A DNA stretch of 64,000 nt. Origin: Octopus sinensis. Lineage: Eukaryota. This document shows positions 12,796-24,652 of the stretch, piece by piece. How positions within the stretch are numbered: position 1 is the stretch's first letter; each line of letters opens with the position of its first letter. Where the stretch lies: NCBI RefSeq assembly GCF_006345805.1, contig NC_043021.1, positions 26,164,001 to 26,228,000 on the forward strand, read 5' to 3'. The position numbers and the translations under genes were made by a program. The notes under the pieces are model-generated. The model ran no database searches. It saw only the letters and a program-made list of their open reading frames with translations, and was not told the DNA's origin.

Positions 12796-13789
12796 ACTGC
12801 ATCCAGTGGAGGGGCTCTTGTTTGGGAGTTCCAGTGTTCTAAGGAGTGTGGAGCCACTAATTAGCCACTATTATTCGCAGGTGTACTCTTTCAGAGAAGT
12901 ACTACCTGTTAAAAACCATGTCCATGTACATAGGGGTCAGGTGTGAATATTGGAACAAACAGCTCTGGACCAAATAACAGGTGACCCCTTGGTAAGGCTT
13001 AGCACCCAGTAACCATACGAGCCTAGGTTACAATGAAATCATAAAATGTAGCCTGGTGAATGTGAACCATTTCGATCTGCTGCCAATCGCAGTCCTGGGA
13101 TGCACAAGCAAGATGGTCAGCAATTAAAAGGCCAATATGACTCATTGCTTGAGGCAAGTTATCCAACTGGATGCTAATGATGATGATGAGGAGGAGGATC
13201 TCTTTGGAGTATTTTGTAAGATTTTGTTTTGATGCTTCAAGATCTAGTGCAAAAAAAGAGCAAAGCAGGCTTATTTCTCCAGTTATGCTTTGCATCATAA
13301 AGAGAGACACGAAAAGAGAGATACAAAATGATGCACATACTATGCTTGATGGCAGACAATGAGTGAAGGAATACAACATATATACAGGGAGAGAGAGAGA
13401 GAATCATAAAGAAAGGAAGAGGTGGAGAGGGAGCAAATGGGAGGAGTTACACAAATGAAAAGTTGGTTTCATTTAATTTTATTTTAAGATAATAAATATT
13501 TTTCTTCAGAAAATTATTCATTTCATCAGTTTTGCATCAACACCTGGAAATTTGATAAAAAATTATATTTATTGTATACAACCCACTATGCTTCCAGTTA
13601 CACATCATGCGACAAGCAACACTCAAATGTGTGTGAAAGATTGTAATTAAACAGGCATATTCACACTTATTAGATAAAATGCAATTTAGTTTAAGTAAAT
13701 TGCATTTATCTAATAAGTTAAAAACAAACACATTTTACATAGCAACTTGGATACATTCTGCACTGGTTGTCAGATATAATAATAATCAT

Positions 13790-14110
13790 GTCTACTATAG
13801 GCACAAGGCCTGAAATTTTGAGGAAGGGGACTAGTCGATTACATTGACCCCAGTACTCAACTGGTACTTAATTTATTGATCCCCAAATGGATAAAAAGCA
13901 AAGTCGACCTCGACAGAATTTGAACTCAGAACGTAAAAGATGGACAAAATGCCACTAAGCATCTTGCCCAGCAAGCTCGGGGGTGGGGTGGGGTGGAATC
14001 AGTTGATTACATTGACCCCCGTGCTCAACTGGTACCTATTTTACTGACACCCCAAAAGATGAAAGGCAAAGTTGATCTCAGTGGAATTTGAACTCAGAAC
14101 ATAAAGATGT
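13790..14110 (-). mobile_element. Two adjacent Deu/Nin-domain-like SINEs
   Basis: Reverse complements of gagttcaaatt…gtcgactttgcttttat…gtaccagttgagtactggggtcaatgtaatcgac appear twice. Confidence 0.75.
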
Positions 14111-14606
14111 TAAGTAGTAGAAACAAGTGTTTCTAAAAATTCACAATTAGTTGAAAAAAACCCCAAAAAAACAGACTGGAAATAAAATTAAATCCACAAA
14201 AATATATTCCATTATAATAAATTTTCTCTGAAAGACTGCAGCTTTCCCATAAAGTCCTTGGAATGACTGACAACAACTTTTTCCATTAAGAAAGGATTAT
14301 AAACAAAAACCTGAAAGCAAGGAGGGGGTACCAATTAAAAATTTTTTTTTTTTTTTAGTAATTTTAAAGAATTGGAATTGCTAATGATGAAAACAGGAAA
14401 ATCCAAAGACCATTTTGTAATCTTCGATGTTCAAAACAGAAATTCTGAAGACTGTTTCTTTGTCAAAAAAAGTATCAGATACGGAAATGTTACAAGTGGA
14501 AGGTGGGGGTATATATGTGACATGGCTTGAAACTCTGCCCCCTTCTTTCTAGAACTTTATTGAAGCCTAACATCCCCATTCCAACTCACCCACATCCATT
14601 TTGTGT

Positions 14607-14671
14607 ATCCATTTAATATATCCATTTAATATATCCATTTAATATATCCATTTAATATATCCATTTAATAT
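14607..14671. repeat. Perfect 13-bp tandem repeat (ATCCATTTAATAT) x5
   Basis: Read directly from the sequence. Confidence 0.95.
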
Positions 14672-14749
14672 GCATTCATCCAACTACTAAAATATTATTT
14701 TTTGACTGGCAGAGAGTTATGGCATCTTGGAGTAAATAAAAATTCTGTA

Positions 14750-15610
14750 GTGAATCCTAGATGAAATCTGGTTTCACTGTTGAGAAACAGGGAAGAAGAA
14801 TATTTCCCATTTCCCAAAGAATTTGCTGTGGTGTCATAAAGTCTTCGCTAACCATTCTAGCCTGACAAGGAACTGTTAATTGCATTTCAAGCAGAAGGCA
14901 TCTAATCTTGGCCACAGTAGGCAAATGTGCCAACAAAATGAATCGAACCCGTGTGCCACCTACAGAGTTACTTTGAGAATCACAAAACTGTTGCCCTGCT
15001 ACAAAGAGACGGATTATTCTTCCAGTGTTAAATAAAACTGTTGATTGAAGGACAATTGACAGCTCAGACAATAGATAATATAATTCCAGAAGTCAAAGAG
15101 GTTCCACTAGATATCTTTAAGAGTCCACAGACATACTATCTGATGCTCAACTACTTGTAGAGGCAACAGGCACAAGGAATTATGATTTTAAAGAAATATG
15201 CTTCTCTCATCAACTCTTGGAAAGCATAACAAAAGGAAACACCAGACCTCTTGCTTCAGAGAATTAGATTCCTGTTTACCTGAGATTAGCCAACTGGATT
15301 ATCAATTCATTTGCAATCCTTTTAGAATCAATCCCCACACCAGTTCCAGACAATCTGCAAGATGAATTCGTGGAATTTTTAAATGATTTCATGGCAAAAG
15401 ATCTCTTAAAGAACTTCTTAATAAAATTCTGCCGTTTCATGGTGAAGTCTTACCCATCCAAGCCTCAAAGATACTGTTTCCTTCTGTTTAGTGAACAAAG
15501 TAATGTTTATAGCCAGAAACAAATTCTGTGCATGACTGTCAAATGAGAATAATATGTGAGTTTGCCACACAGACATTAGATTTAATAAAACTGATACAAA
15601 AGCACAAAGT
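14750..15610 (+). mobile_element. Decayed hAT (Charlie/Buster-type) transposase C-terminal half
   Basis: Remnants CNPFRINP, VPDNLQDEFVEFLNDFMAKDL, FCRFMVKSYP and KILFP resemble the hAT C-terminal dimerisation region. There are many frameshifts. Confidence 0.7.
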
Positions 15611-15899
15611 TAGGAACTTGGTGGTGGTGGTCAGGGGACACTTGATTAAATCAAACCCAGGATTTTACTGTTAACTTATTTCCTTGACTCTGGAAGAGTG
15701 AAAGGCAGAATTAACTACGGTTAAATTTAAACAAAAATATTTGATAACTAGTCTAGAAAATTAGAGAATTCTAGTGTTGAACTTGGGCCTTCATGGTGAA
15801 CAATGTTCCGTAGAAAACCTCACCACACACATATAAAAAAAAAAATCTTTCAGCAAAATAATTTTGGGCAGATGTGAATTTAAGCAAAAAGTATTTGAA

Positions 15900-17800
15900 A
15901 ACTAATTGAGAAAATTTGGACATTTTTGTCCTTAACCCAGGAGCTCGTCGTGCAAAAATATTTGTCGTCTCTTTTGACTGTTGACAATTGCCACTTATTG
16001 TCTGCCTAAGACAAGACCAACGATCGTGGTCAAGACGAGGTTACTTCCCTTTGAAAGCATAACATTCGAACGCATGCCATGACAATATTAGATTTCTTAA
16101 CAGAATACATGTCAATTAGAACAGGGATTCTTTTCCCTCCGGTTTCACTCTTTAAGTACTTGTCTACCTTAAATGCTGGCCAACTCAACAGCTCTCTTCT
16201 AAAACTACATTCATATCCTCTTTTTATAAGAACTTTGCATTTCTCCAAGAAAACTTTTAGCTGTCATCCTTAAAAAAATAAAAAGGGCCATTGCAGACCC
16301 ACCCCAACTTAGTATTTCTTTTTTTTTTTCCTACAACTTTTGTGCAACTTAAATTCCTCACACAACATGGTACCAACTAATCTCCCTCATCAATACTCAA
16401 CACAGCTTTTAATTCTTTCATCCATTATCTCCGTCTCCCTCATTTACTCAGCTCCCTTATCCAACACTAATTACATATTTCCATCTAAGATAATTACGCA
16501 CTCATTTTAAAAATTAACTCACAATAACTCTTCATAAAACATATTACACCATTCATCTGAAATTATGAACTTCTCTTACAATTTCTATCTCTTTTGAACT
16601 ATGACAGCTGTAAGTTGCCAAAAATTAATTCCTAACCTCCAGCGTTACATTCAATCCATAGAGTTATTATCAGTTTTAACAGACTCTCTCTCTCTCTCTC
16701 TCTCTCTCGTTACAATGATTTACAATTCAGTTATTTCACTGTCTTTACTGGTTCCTTTCTCATTTCACCAATTCACTTCGTATTATCTCCCCTTGACCTA
16801 CACTTGAAACTTCATTATCAAGAAACATTTTAATTAAGCCATTCGTTATCTTACCCTAAATTAATCAACAGCCTCAGTAATACAAATACAATTGAGTCTT
16901 TAACCCTTAAACACTTTTAAAACATCATTGAAAAGTCATTTAGCTTTTAATAACAATAACGAGATTATTGTATACAGCATGCTGGTGTGCTAGAATTGGT
17001 CAAAAAAGGGATACAAGAGGGAACAGGGAGCAATGGGCCATGTAAAGGGAGACAGCCAAAAGAAGAAGCATGGAATAGGGGACAAAGTACAACATGACAG
17101 GAAAGGGAATAAAGAAAGGGACATAAGTACATCAGCAGTAGTGAGAAACCAACTGGAAATCTATGTTTATTAATTTTAAGATAACAATTCCATCGTCCTT
17201 TCGTTAAGAAAAAAAAAAAAAAAAGGGCTTGTATCAGCCCCTCCTCTAAGTTATTTCAGTTCAACTGTTAGGGCAGACATGGCTTCAAAATGAATTCATA
17301 TAATTAAATCAATCACCAAAATTCATTTCAAATATTAGCTTATCCCATTTTTTTGTCCTGTTAGAACAGCACAATCTCCCCACCCAGCCCCTTGCATTTG
17401 GTGCTATTTCACCTCCTTCCATGGCCCTCTACCTTGAAGGAACACTCTCACCATTCGCTTCTCTCTTTCAAGCTTCAGCAAGACACTTGTCTCTGTCACT
17501 CCACCATACTTTCACCCACCCCAATACTACATCCCTACCACTCGGTTGAGGGTGCCTCGTCTTGTGAGTTACTTAGCGACCTCGTTAGTGCAGGTGTCAT
17601 CTAAAAAAGCACACAGCACATTGTGTGGCGTGTTTGGCATTAGGAAGGACATCAAGCAGTAGAATGCATGCGAAAGCAGACATTTAGGGATTGACACAGC
17701 CCTACGGCTCATGGGTTCCTGTCAAATCATCCGATCCATGCCAGCATGGAAAACAGACGTTAAATGACAATGATGATGATGATGATGATGGAGTGCAGGA
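15900..17800 (-). promoter_or_regulatory. CpG-retaining island, candidate alternative promoter with 5'UTR exons
   Basis: Local CpG density is high and TEs are sparse. Minus-strand donor at 16856 (AGG|gtaaga), 34-nt exon candidate 16522-16555, strong acceptor at 16268 (ctttttatttttttaag). Confidence 0.35.
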
Positions 17801-18394
17801 TGAGGAGGGGGCGGAGAAACTATAGAACCTGATCAAGCGAATATCATTGGAGCTCTCTGCATTTTGTGATTTGTGTTAGAAGAATAGCTTGAAAGGGTGG
17901 TAGGGATTGTTATGGCAAGGCTTTGGGGTTTGGAACCCATTATTATTGCTAGGCAGAAGTGGTAGAGCATGGGACCAAATTCCTTGCAGTGGTTAGTGAC
18001 TTCCCTTTATCTTTTGGGCTCAAATCCTCCTTCGGTCACTTTCACCATTCATCCTTCTGTTGTCGCTACTAAACACAGGCACAGGTGTGGCTCTGGGGCA
18101 AGTTTCATTCCCAATCAGATGAATTTCAGTGAAATCAGCAATGTTAAGGTCTTGCATCTTCATTAAAAATAATAGTAATTACTATAATTCAGGTGAAGAT
18201 CTGGCAGAATCCTTGGCACGCTGGACTTAGTGACATTTCATCCATCTTTACATTCTGAGGTCAACTTTGCTTTCATCCTTTTGGGGCTCAATAAAATAAG
18301 TACTACTTGACCACTGAAACTGATGTCTTTGATTTATCCCTCCCCCCATAACTGCTGGCCTTGTGTCAAAATTTGAAACTATTATTATTATTAC

Positions 18395-18825
18395 TAAGAC
18401 CACCATCCGAGCGTGATCGTTGCCAGAGCGGGTAACTGGCTTCTGTGCCGGTGGCATGTAAAAAGCACCATTCAAGCGTGGTCGTTACCAGTGTTGGCTT
18501 ACTGGCACTTGAGCTGGTGAAAAAAACATTCAAGCAAGGTCGTTGCCAGTGCCGCTGGACTGGCTCCTGCGCAGGTGGCACGTAAAAGACACCATCTGAG
18601 CGTGGCCGCTGCCAGTACTGCTTGTCTGGCCCTTGTGCTGGTGGCACGTAAAAGCACCCACTACACTCTCGGAGTGGTTGGCATTAGGAAAGGCATCCAG
18701 CTGTAGAAACTCTGCCAGATCAGATTGGAGCCTGGTGCAGCCATCTGGCTTACCAGACCCCAGTCAAACCGTCAAACCCATGCTAGCATGGAAAGCGGAC
18801 GTTAAACGATGATGATGATGATGAT
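18395..18825 (+). mobile_element. RTE-tail element with four internal 60-66 bp tandem units
   Basis: The unit (g/a)agcgtg..cgttgccag…ctggc…gtggca.gtaaaa..cacc repeats four times, followed by the standard tail and (GAT)n. It is inserted in an (ATT)n SINE tail. Confidence 0.8.
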
Positions 18826-18937
18826 TATTATTATTAAGTTGGTGACTTGGCAGAATTGTTACCATACTGAACAGAACACTAAGCAGCATATTTTCTTATT
18901 TCACATTCCAAATTCAAACTCAACTTAGCTTTTCATC

Positions 18938-19470
18938 TTATTACCTTTGCCTTAGCGAAGGCAGAGGTATTATTTTTGGTCACATTTGACTGTTTGTTTG
19001 TTCATGGACATGATATCTCAAGAACTGCAGGATGGATTTGAAACTTTCAGAGATGTTTGGCTTCATGACTGGCACGAACTGATTAGATTTTGGGAATGAT
19101 CCGGTACTGAACAAGGATTCTGGATTATTTTTCAGTTTTTTTTTTTTCCCCTTAATTTTTGAGAGCGGTCAGGTTCATTTTTAGTATTCTTGTTTGTGAG
19201 AGTAGTCGAGTTTATTTTAGATATTCTCATTTTAAAAATCATCTCTGACTAATTGTTGAGAGGATGTTGGTGTTGCCATGAAAATGGCAAAGAGCTGGCA
19301 GAAAGTAGGGAGAAGAATTTACTGGTTTTAGTCATGTTCCATATCTCCACATTCTTGACTAAAATACCAGATTCCACTTTGTCTTTCATTCAACCAGGGT
19401 TGATAATATTTGGTAGAGATAATCAGATATATATATGTTCTTCTAAATGAGGCGTTGCACCTAAAAAATG
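18938..19470 (+). mobile_element. Helentron-associated non-autonomous element (HINE/DINE-like)
   Basis: It starts ttattacc with a 5' hairpin acctttgcctt-agcg-aaggcagaggt, then gtttgtttgtt and a gatatctcaagaactg…ggatttgaaacttt body. It interrupts a SINE. Confidence 0.65.
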
Positions 19471-19499
19471 GTTCATTAAACTGTTGTCACTACTATACA

Positions 19500-20285
19500 G
19501 GCACAGGTGTGGCCGTGTGGTAAGAGGCTTGCTTCACAACCACATGGGTCTAGGTTCAGTTCCACAGCATGGCACCTTGGCTAAGTGTTTTCTACTATAG
19601 CCCCAGGCCAACAAAAGCTTTGAGTGTATTTCATACACAGAAACTGAAAGAAGCCCAGAAACTGAAAGAAGCCCATTGTCTGTCTGTGTAACTATATATT
19701 TGTTCCCCATCACCATATGACAACCAGTGTTGGGCTTAATTACATCCCTGTAACTTTGCAGTTCAGCAAGAGATCAATAAAAAAGTGCCAAGCTTTAAAA
19801 AAAAGTACTGAGGTTGGTTCGTTCAACTAAAACTGTTTGAGGCAGTGCCCCAGCATGGCCACAGTCCAATGACTGAAACAAGTAAAAGATAAAAAGATTA
19901 GCACAGTGGAGAGATGGCAGAGTGTAGAACGTTGGGAATACTTGTTTTTTTTTGTTATTTATATATTGGTGGCTGTGTGGTAAGTAGCTTGCTTACCAAC
20001 CACATAGTTCCGGGTTCAGCCCCACTGCATGGCACCTTGGGCAAGTGTCTTCAACTATAGCTTTGGGCCGACCAAAGCCTTGTGAGTGGATTTGATAGAT
20101 GGAAACTGAAAGATCAATGTATATATATATGTGTGTGTTTGCCCCCCCCCCCATCACTTGACAACCGATGCTGGTGTGTTTACATCCCCATAACTTAGCA
20201 GTTCAGCAAAAAAGTCCAATAGAATAAGTATTAGGCTTACAAAGAATAAGTCCTGTGGTCGATTTGCTCGACTAAAGGCAGGATT
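19500..20285 (+). mobile_element. Two tRNA-head SINEs (octopus OK/OR-like; non-RTE tail)
   Basis: Head gtggc(t/c)gtgtggtaag…ggttcag…gcaccttggg, body ttgacaacc.atg.tggt…, tail ccagcatggcc…atgactgaaacaag. Confidence 0.8.
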
Positions 20286-20550
20286 TCTGGTACTGGAGAG
20301 ATTGACGATAATGTTCCACTTAAATACTGCAAGTCTACAACTACAGGAAAGAGAGGTTTGTGAATAGGGGTTAATAAGGGGTCAGGAAACATGGACATAA
20401 ATACAGGGGTAGACATGACTTTTTTTTTATTATTTTTAATCAGCAGAAAGTTATAAAACTCAGAGTTTCAGTTTGTAAGTGCCATGCATGATTCTCTGAG
20501 CTCTTGAGATACTTTCATAACTGATGATTAAAAATAATAATAATAATAAA

Positions 20551-21455
20551 GGTGGAGGGAACCTGTGGAAGAGGTAGACCCAGGAAGACATGGGATGAGG
20601 TGGTGAAGCATGATCTTTGAATGTTGGGCCTCACAGAGGTAATGGCAAGTGACTGAGGACTTTGGCGATATGTCGTTCTTGAAAAAATCCATCAAGCCAA
20701 GTGAGATTGTAGTCATGGCTGATGCCAGTGTTGCATAACCGACCCATTAAAAGCACCCTTCAATTGTTGGGCAATTGCTGTGCCTGTGAAGACCTGTTGA
20801 GCTGAGTGAAATTGTAGTCACGGCCGATGCCAGTGCTGTTTGACTGGCACTTGTGCTGGTGGCATATAAAAAGCACCTTTTGAGTGTTGGGTCTCATGGA
20901 GACAGTGACAGGTGTCAGAGATCTTTGGCAACATGAGACGGTGCTTGTGTAAACCTGTCAAGCCAAATGAGACTGTACTTGTGACCGATGCTGGTGTCAG
21001 GTCAATGGCACCTGTGCTGGTGGCACATAAAGAACATCCACTACACTATCAGAGTGGTTGGCATCAAGAAGGGCAAGTGAAATCATAATCGTGCTGGTGG
21101 CGTATAAAGAGCTCTTTTCGAACATTGGGCCTCACGGAGGCAAAGTGAGTGAGTTCCTTTTGAGCATTGGATCTCATGGAGGCTGAGTCCCTTTCGAGTG
21201 TTGGACTTAATGGAGGCAATAACCTTTAGCATTATGTTGTGCTTGAGAAGAAGTTCATCAAACTGAGAAAAATCACAGTTGTGACAGATACCAGTGTCAC
21301 GCAAATGGCACCCATGCTGGTGACATGTAAAAGCACCCATTACACTCTTGGGGTGATTGGTGTTAGGAAGGGCATCGGGCCATAGAAAACCATACCAAAT
21401 CAGACTGGGGTCTGGTGCAGCCTTCCAGCACAGACAATGGACATTAAATGATGAT
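20551..21455 (+). mobile_element. 5'-truncated RTE LINE: ORF2 C-terminus plus modular 3'UTR
   Basis: Translates VEGTCGRGRPRKTWDEVVKHDL*MLGLTEVMASD*, followed by repeated 3'UTR modules and a ttaaatgatgatg end. Confidence 0.85.
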
Positions 21456-21789
21456 GGAGTCGATAGCATCGACTGAACATCCCTGCCCCTCAAAGTTGTT
21501 GGCTTTGTGTCTAAATCAGAAACCCTTCACATACACAGGAAATTGTCAGTATTCTTTATCCTCTCTCTCTCTGATGTCCCAAATTTTTCAGACCAAGATT
21601 TACAGCCCAAAATTCCATTGGAGATGCAGCAGGATTTAGAAAGATGCTGTCAACGTCTGAATGTTTACGCTATACCCTACATTGACTTGTATCCTCAAGA
21701 ACAGAGTTGATAAAACATCGACCATTTAGAGAGTGTGTTTTGATTCAAAACACACTTCTATAACAACCTAAGATGAAAGGTGAAATAAA

Positions 21790-22230
21790 TATCAGGGCTG
21801 CTATGTCGCACACAGAAACTGCAGGAGCTACTCATGGGTTTTGCAAGCTCTACTAAATACATCACAATGCTGGAGGTCCTTTTTTGTTGTCAGCAGGTAT
21901 CTCAGGTCACAAGCATTTCATCCCTTAATCTGTACACATCACCTGAGTGAGGTAGTGAGGGCTGAACTAATTTTCACCTGTGGAAGGGTTTCACTTGCAG
22001 TCTCTCATCAACCAAAACCACCTCCAACTCGTTTCAGTTGCCAAGCCCGTCTCCTTGGTGGCTTTCTTCAGAGAGGTCTGAGTTCCAGACCTATCTTCTG
22101 TAGGAAACGGTGCACCAATCTAACTGGAAAGCCAAGGCAGCTGACTTCAAAGGGGAACAAGGCTGCATGCCATCCCTTGACAACAGCCTCATCAACCAAG
22201 TCTTTCACTACCTGTGATATTTAGATTTAG
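21790..22230 (+). mobile_element. Possible decayed DIRS/Ngaro RT-RNase H fragment
   Basis: Weak resemblance of KLQELLMGF, SEVVRAEL, ARLLGGF and LDNS to DIRS RT/RNase H motifs in the expected order. Confidence 0.25.
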
Positions 22231-22390
22231 TGGGGAGCCAGATTAAACACACGGCCATATTTAGTCCTTTCACAGTCAAAATAAAATTGATTCATAAACT
22301 ATGAACCAATATTTGTGTCAGTTCAGTGGACATAAGTGATCTTGTCCAAAGTTAGAAATCATTATGATTATTATTATTATTTAAAGCAGT

Positions 22391-24098
22391 AAGGTGACGA
22401 GCTGGCAGAATAGTTAGCATGCCAGGCAAAATGCTTAGCAGAATTTCACCAATTTCTGTTCTGAGTTCAAATTCCAAGGTTGACTTTGCCTTTCATCCTT
22501 TCAGGGTTGATAAAATAAGTACCAGTTGAACACAGAGTTCAATGTAATTGACTTATCCCCTCCCTCAAAATTGCTGGCCTGGTGCCAGAATTTGAAACCA
22601 TTATTATTTAAGACGGTGCTGTTAGCCAGACCAAATGTTCAGTGGCATTTTGTCTGTCTTCATATTCTAAGTTCAAATGTTGCAGAGGCTGAGCTAATGA
22701 ACTAGCCCCCTCCCCCCAAAATTTCAGGCCTTGTGCCCATAGAAGAAACAATTATTATTTATTATTAAGATGGTGCAACAGACAGAAGCGTTAGTGCTTT
22801 GCAAAAACTACTGTGGCATTTCTTCCAGATCTTTCCTTTCTGAGTTCAAACTCTACTGAGGTCAGTTTTGACTTTCATCATCCTTTTAGGGTTGATGAAA
22901 ATAAGCCACAGTTGAGCTTCTGAGTCAATACAATCAAAACCCTCCCTTCAAAATTGCTGGCCTGGTGCCAAAATTAGAAACAATTATGATCATCCTCATT
23001 AGGGTGGTGGAACTGGCAGAATCGTTAGCATACAGGGCAAAATGCATCATGGATATTTCTTCCAATTCCTTATGTTCTGAGTTCAAATCCTGCCAAAGTT
23101 GACTTTGAAATTCATCCTTTCAAGCTCAATACAATAAAGTACCAGTCAACTATTGGGGTCCATGTCATTAACAAAGCCCCTCCCCTCAAAACTGCCAGCC
23201 TTGTGCCTAAATCAGAAAATGTTATTTTTCCACCTAGCTTTTTAATGTTCTGAGTTCAAATCCTGCCAAAGTCGACTTTGTCTTTCATCCTTTCAGGGTC
23301 GATAAAATGAAGAAATAGTTGAGTACGAGGTTCATGTAACCAATTTGCCCCACCCTTCGTAAATGCTAACCTTGTGTCAAAATTAGGAAGTATTATTAGT
23401 ATTAGTATTAACACCATCACCATCACCACCAACACCACCACTTCTACAACTTCCTAACAGTGTTTTCTACATCTTTATGTTCTGAGTTCAAACTCTGCTG
23501 TGGTCGACTTTGCCTTTCATCTTTTTGGATTCAATGAAATAAATACCGGATGATTATTGGGGTTTGAAGTAACCGACTTACTCGCCTCTCCTGAAACTGC
23601 TGGTCTTGTGTCAAAATTTGAAGCCATTACTACTACTACTACTACTACTACTAATGCTGCTGCTGCTTAACAGCATTTTGTCTGTCTTTACATTCCAAGT
23701 TCAAATTCTGCTGAGGTTGACTTTGCCTTTCATCCTTTCAGGGTCAAAAAAATTAGCATCAGTTAAGCACTGGTGTCAATGTAATCGAGTAGCTCCCACC
23801 TATCCCCACAAAAATTTCAGACCTTGTACCTAGAGTAGAAAGGATTATTATTATCATTATTATTATTAATAATAATTATAATAATACTAAGGTGAGGTGG
23901 AAGAATTGTTAGCACACCAGGTGAAATGCTTAGCTGTGTTTTGTCTGTCTTCACACGCCGAGGTTGACTTTGCCTTTCAACCTGTCAGGGTTGATAAAAG
24001 ATGTACCAGGCAAGTATTGGGGTCAATGTAATCGGCTATCCCCTTCCCTCACAATTCAGGCCTTGTGCTTGTAGTAGAAGCAATTATTATTATTATTA
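22391..24098 (+). mobile_element. Head-to-tail array of about 8 Deu/Nin-domain-like SINEs
   Basis: The repeated gagttcaaa…gactttgcctttcatcc…gataaaataagtacc core, with two alternative tails and mostly (ATT)n-type spacers, all lies on the + strand. Confidence 0.85.
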
Positions 24099-24388
24099 AT
24101 TTAACAACAAATACAAGCAACTATTTCAAAATTTAGCAACAAAACTTACTATTTAGTGTTTTATGGTTTAAAATGTTTTCTTGCTGTGATATCTGCAGAA
24201 ATGTGCCGGATTAAAAAAACTTTCTTCACTGCAGGAATTCCAATGAGGAAGCTGTTAAAATAAATATAAAAACATCATCATCATTATTTATTATTATTAA
24301 TTAATTAATCAATTAATTGGTTGTTATACATTACAAACAATTATCATCACCATCATCATCGTTAGCTCGAAGCCTGTTATCCACTCAC

Positions 24389-24415
24389 TTTAGTAAAACA
24401 GATTAAAGTCAAAAG
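24389..24415 (-). other. Candidate 27-nt microexon (LLTLICFTK if phase 0, otherwise UTR)
   Basis: Acceptor attattttcattgcag and donor AAA|gtgagt are both near consensus, and the length is 3n. Confidence 0.4.
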
Positions 24416-24652
24416 CTGCAATGAAAATAATTAACATAAGAAATAGCATGAGATCACAAGTTTGGTTTTATTGTATTGAGTTGCTGACTTTGGCTTTCAT
24501 CCACCCCCCCCCCACCACCACCACCTGACAGTTCTACAGAAACTATCAGTAATATATATATATATGTATAACTGGGACTACAGCATCTCACCTGTGTTCT
24601 ATTGATGATGTTAACAAATCAGGGTCAACACATCATCGGTAAACCTACTCAC

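Noticed and set aside
13100-13230. Acidic frame LDANDDDEEEDLFGVF ending at a gtaag
   Set aside because: It derives from GAT/GAG triplets, has an upstream stop and no acceptor. The surrounding 12800-13170 may be decayed LINE, but I cannot support that.
18395-18660. CRISPR-like repeat array
   Set aside because: The units are whole diverged tandem copies with no unique spacers, inside a eukaryotic retroelement.
19500-20060. tRNA genes
   Set aside because: The A/B-box-like heads continue into SINE bodies and lack a complete cloverleaf.
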